Shown here: positions 62,330 to 64,000 of the stretch, in pieces
How positions within the stretch are numbered: the stretch's first letter is position 1
Layout: each line of letters starts with the position of its first letter
From: Camelus dromedarius
Taxonomy: Eukaryota
Assembly: GCF_036321535.1 (NCBI RefSeq)
Contig: NC_087441.1
Coordinates: forward strand, 12,462,001-12,526,000
Reading direction: 5' to 3'
Length of the DNA stretch: 64,000 bases
Position numbers and translations under genes: made by a program
Notes under the pieces: generated by a model
The model's database searches: none
The model's input: only the letters and a program-made list of their open reading frames with translations
Told to the model about the DNA's origin: nothing

Positions 62330-63170
62330 CAGTGGTTGCTCATTTATTCATTCACTACCATTTAATAAACTTTACGAAACTACTTGAAGTAGGGTTGCCA
62401 GCGAAGGCATGTGTAAGAGTTAACATTTGATCAGAGACCTTAACAAGAAGGAGGGAGTCTTGAAATGGGGAGGACATTCCAAGCCATATAAACAACAAAC
62501 ATAAAGCACAAATGGAGCAAATTTGTCCAGCAGATCTGGGATTTGGAAGATAAGGCATGGAATCAAGTGCTGTGCTTTAGAAGTGCTCATGGTGAGATGT
62601 TATGAGATCCAGTGGAGATGTCTGTAGAGGAGTTACACCCAGCCGGCTGGAGCCCAGGGGAGAATTCAAGGCTGGGGATAAATGTTTATGATTCAGGAAC
62701 ATGCAGATGACATTTATCTGTATAAGATCTCCTGAAGGAAGTCAATGGAGGAGGAAGTGATCACTGCTCACTTGGTCTTCTCCAGTATTTGAAGTCAGCA
62801 AAAGGAAAGGAGACAACACTGGAGACTGGAAAGGAAAGGAAGGAAAAACACAAACAAGAGAAGAGAATGACTTGGAATCCAAGCCCATAAAGTTTCAAGA
62901 ATAAGGAGGTAACTAGCAATGCCAGTGTGCTGAGAGGTCATGTACTCTGAGACCTGAGAATGAAGCTTGGGATTTTGTAAGGTAGAGGCGTGGTACTGAT
63001 AAGAGTATTTTCATTGAATTAGTGGTAATGGAAGTCTGACTGGAGTAGGCTTGAGGGAGACTGAGAAGTAAGGAAGTGGAGGTTGACATATTAGAGATTC
63101 CTTGAAAGCTTTTCAGTACAAGAGAGTAGGGAAATTGATGAAATTGATGTTAGCTGGAGGGAGACATAAC
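62330..63170 (-). mobile_element. L2 LINE fragment
   Basis: Begins catttattcattcact (antisense L2 tail) and continues with the typical antisense L2 pattern. Confidence 0.6.
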
Positions 63171-63244
63171 ATCTAAGGAGGTACTTATTTAATGAATGTT
63201 TTTAGAGATTTTTCAATAAATATATTGCACCATCATTAAAAAGT

Positions 63245-64000
63245 CTACAAATAATAAATGCTGAAGAGGCTGTGGAGANNNNNNNNNNNNNNNNNNNNNN
63301 NNNNNNNNNNNNNNNNNNNNNNNNNNNNNNNNNNNNNNNNNNNNNNNNNNNNNNNNNNNNNNNNNNNNNNNNNNNNNNNNNNNNNNNNNNNNNNNNNNNN
63401 NNNNNNNNNNNNNNNNAGAAAACTGTAATTCAAAAANNNNNNNNNNNNNNNNNNNNNNNNNNNNNNNNNNNNNNNNNNNNNNNNNNNNNNNNNNNNNNNN
63501 NNNNNNNNNNNNNNNNNNNNNNNNNNNNNNNNNNNNNNNNNNNNNNNNNNNNNNNNNNNNNNNNNNNNNNNNNNNNNNNNNNNNNNNNNNNNNNNNNNNN
63601 NNNNNNNNNNNNNNNNNNNATTATCACACTGAGTGAAGTAAGTCAAACAGAGAAAAATATCATATGATGTCACTTATATGTAGAGTCTAAAAAACATGAA
63701 AAGATATAAATTCTATTTACAAACCAAAAACAGATTCATGGACATAGAAAGCAAACTATGGTTACCAAAGGGGAAGGGGTGGGAAAGGTTAAATTAGGGG
63801 TTGGGGATTAACAAACACACATCACTTTATATAAAATAGAGAAACAACAAGGACCTACTGTATAGCACAGGGAACTATATTCAATTTCTTGTAATGAGCT
63901 GTAATGGAGAAGAAATGGAAAATATATATATGTATGTATATGTATAACTGAATCACTTTGCTGTATACCTGAAACTAACTTTGTAAACCAACTACACTTC
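63245..64000 (+). mobile_element. L1 3' end (ORF2 end and 3'UTR), two N-gaps
   Basis: aatgctgaagaggctgtggaga...gagtgaagtaagtcaaacagag...ggacctactgtatagcacagggaactatattca...gctgtatacctgaaactaac. Confidence 0.9.

Noticed and set aside
26657-63619. N runs (26657-26797, 40368-40503, 40804-41054, 63279-63416, 63437-63619) and the X-containing ORFs
   Set aside because: All lie within L1 copies, so they are assembly or masking gaps. The ORFs are open only because N hides stops.

Overview
Mammalian genomic DNA, most likely a camelid (six tRNA-Ala-derived Vic-1-type SINEs plus young L1 3' ends). It spans the divergent 5' ends of two genes about 32 kb apart. MYCT1 is on the minus strand, with its first coding exon at 14-212 and the intron running off the left edge. 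SYNE1 (nesprin-1) is on the plus strand: CpG-island promoter and non-coding exon(s) at about 32.4-33.1 kb, first coding exon at 41543-41815 (CDS 41749-41815, MATSRAASRSPRDIANVMQRLQ), then a long intron running off the right edge. The rest is intergenic or intronic and rich in L1, L2, MIR, MaLR/ERV1/ERVL and DNA-transposon remnants; all five N-gaps lie inside L1 copies. I found no prokaryote-type system, CRISPR array or true RNA gene. The best leads are a candidate frame-preserving 3-nt ATG microexon in the SYNE1 intron, an unusual SYNE1 leader (two in-frame uORFs and a stop-free overlapping frame), a MYCT1 N-terminal extension with a compensated frameshift, a decayed ~1-kb tandem duplication or triplication, and an LTR-borne CTCF motif between the genes. 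Gene identities rest on my recall of the human proteins, not a database search. Repeat subfamily names and most repeat boundaries are by-eye estimates.
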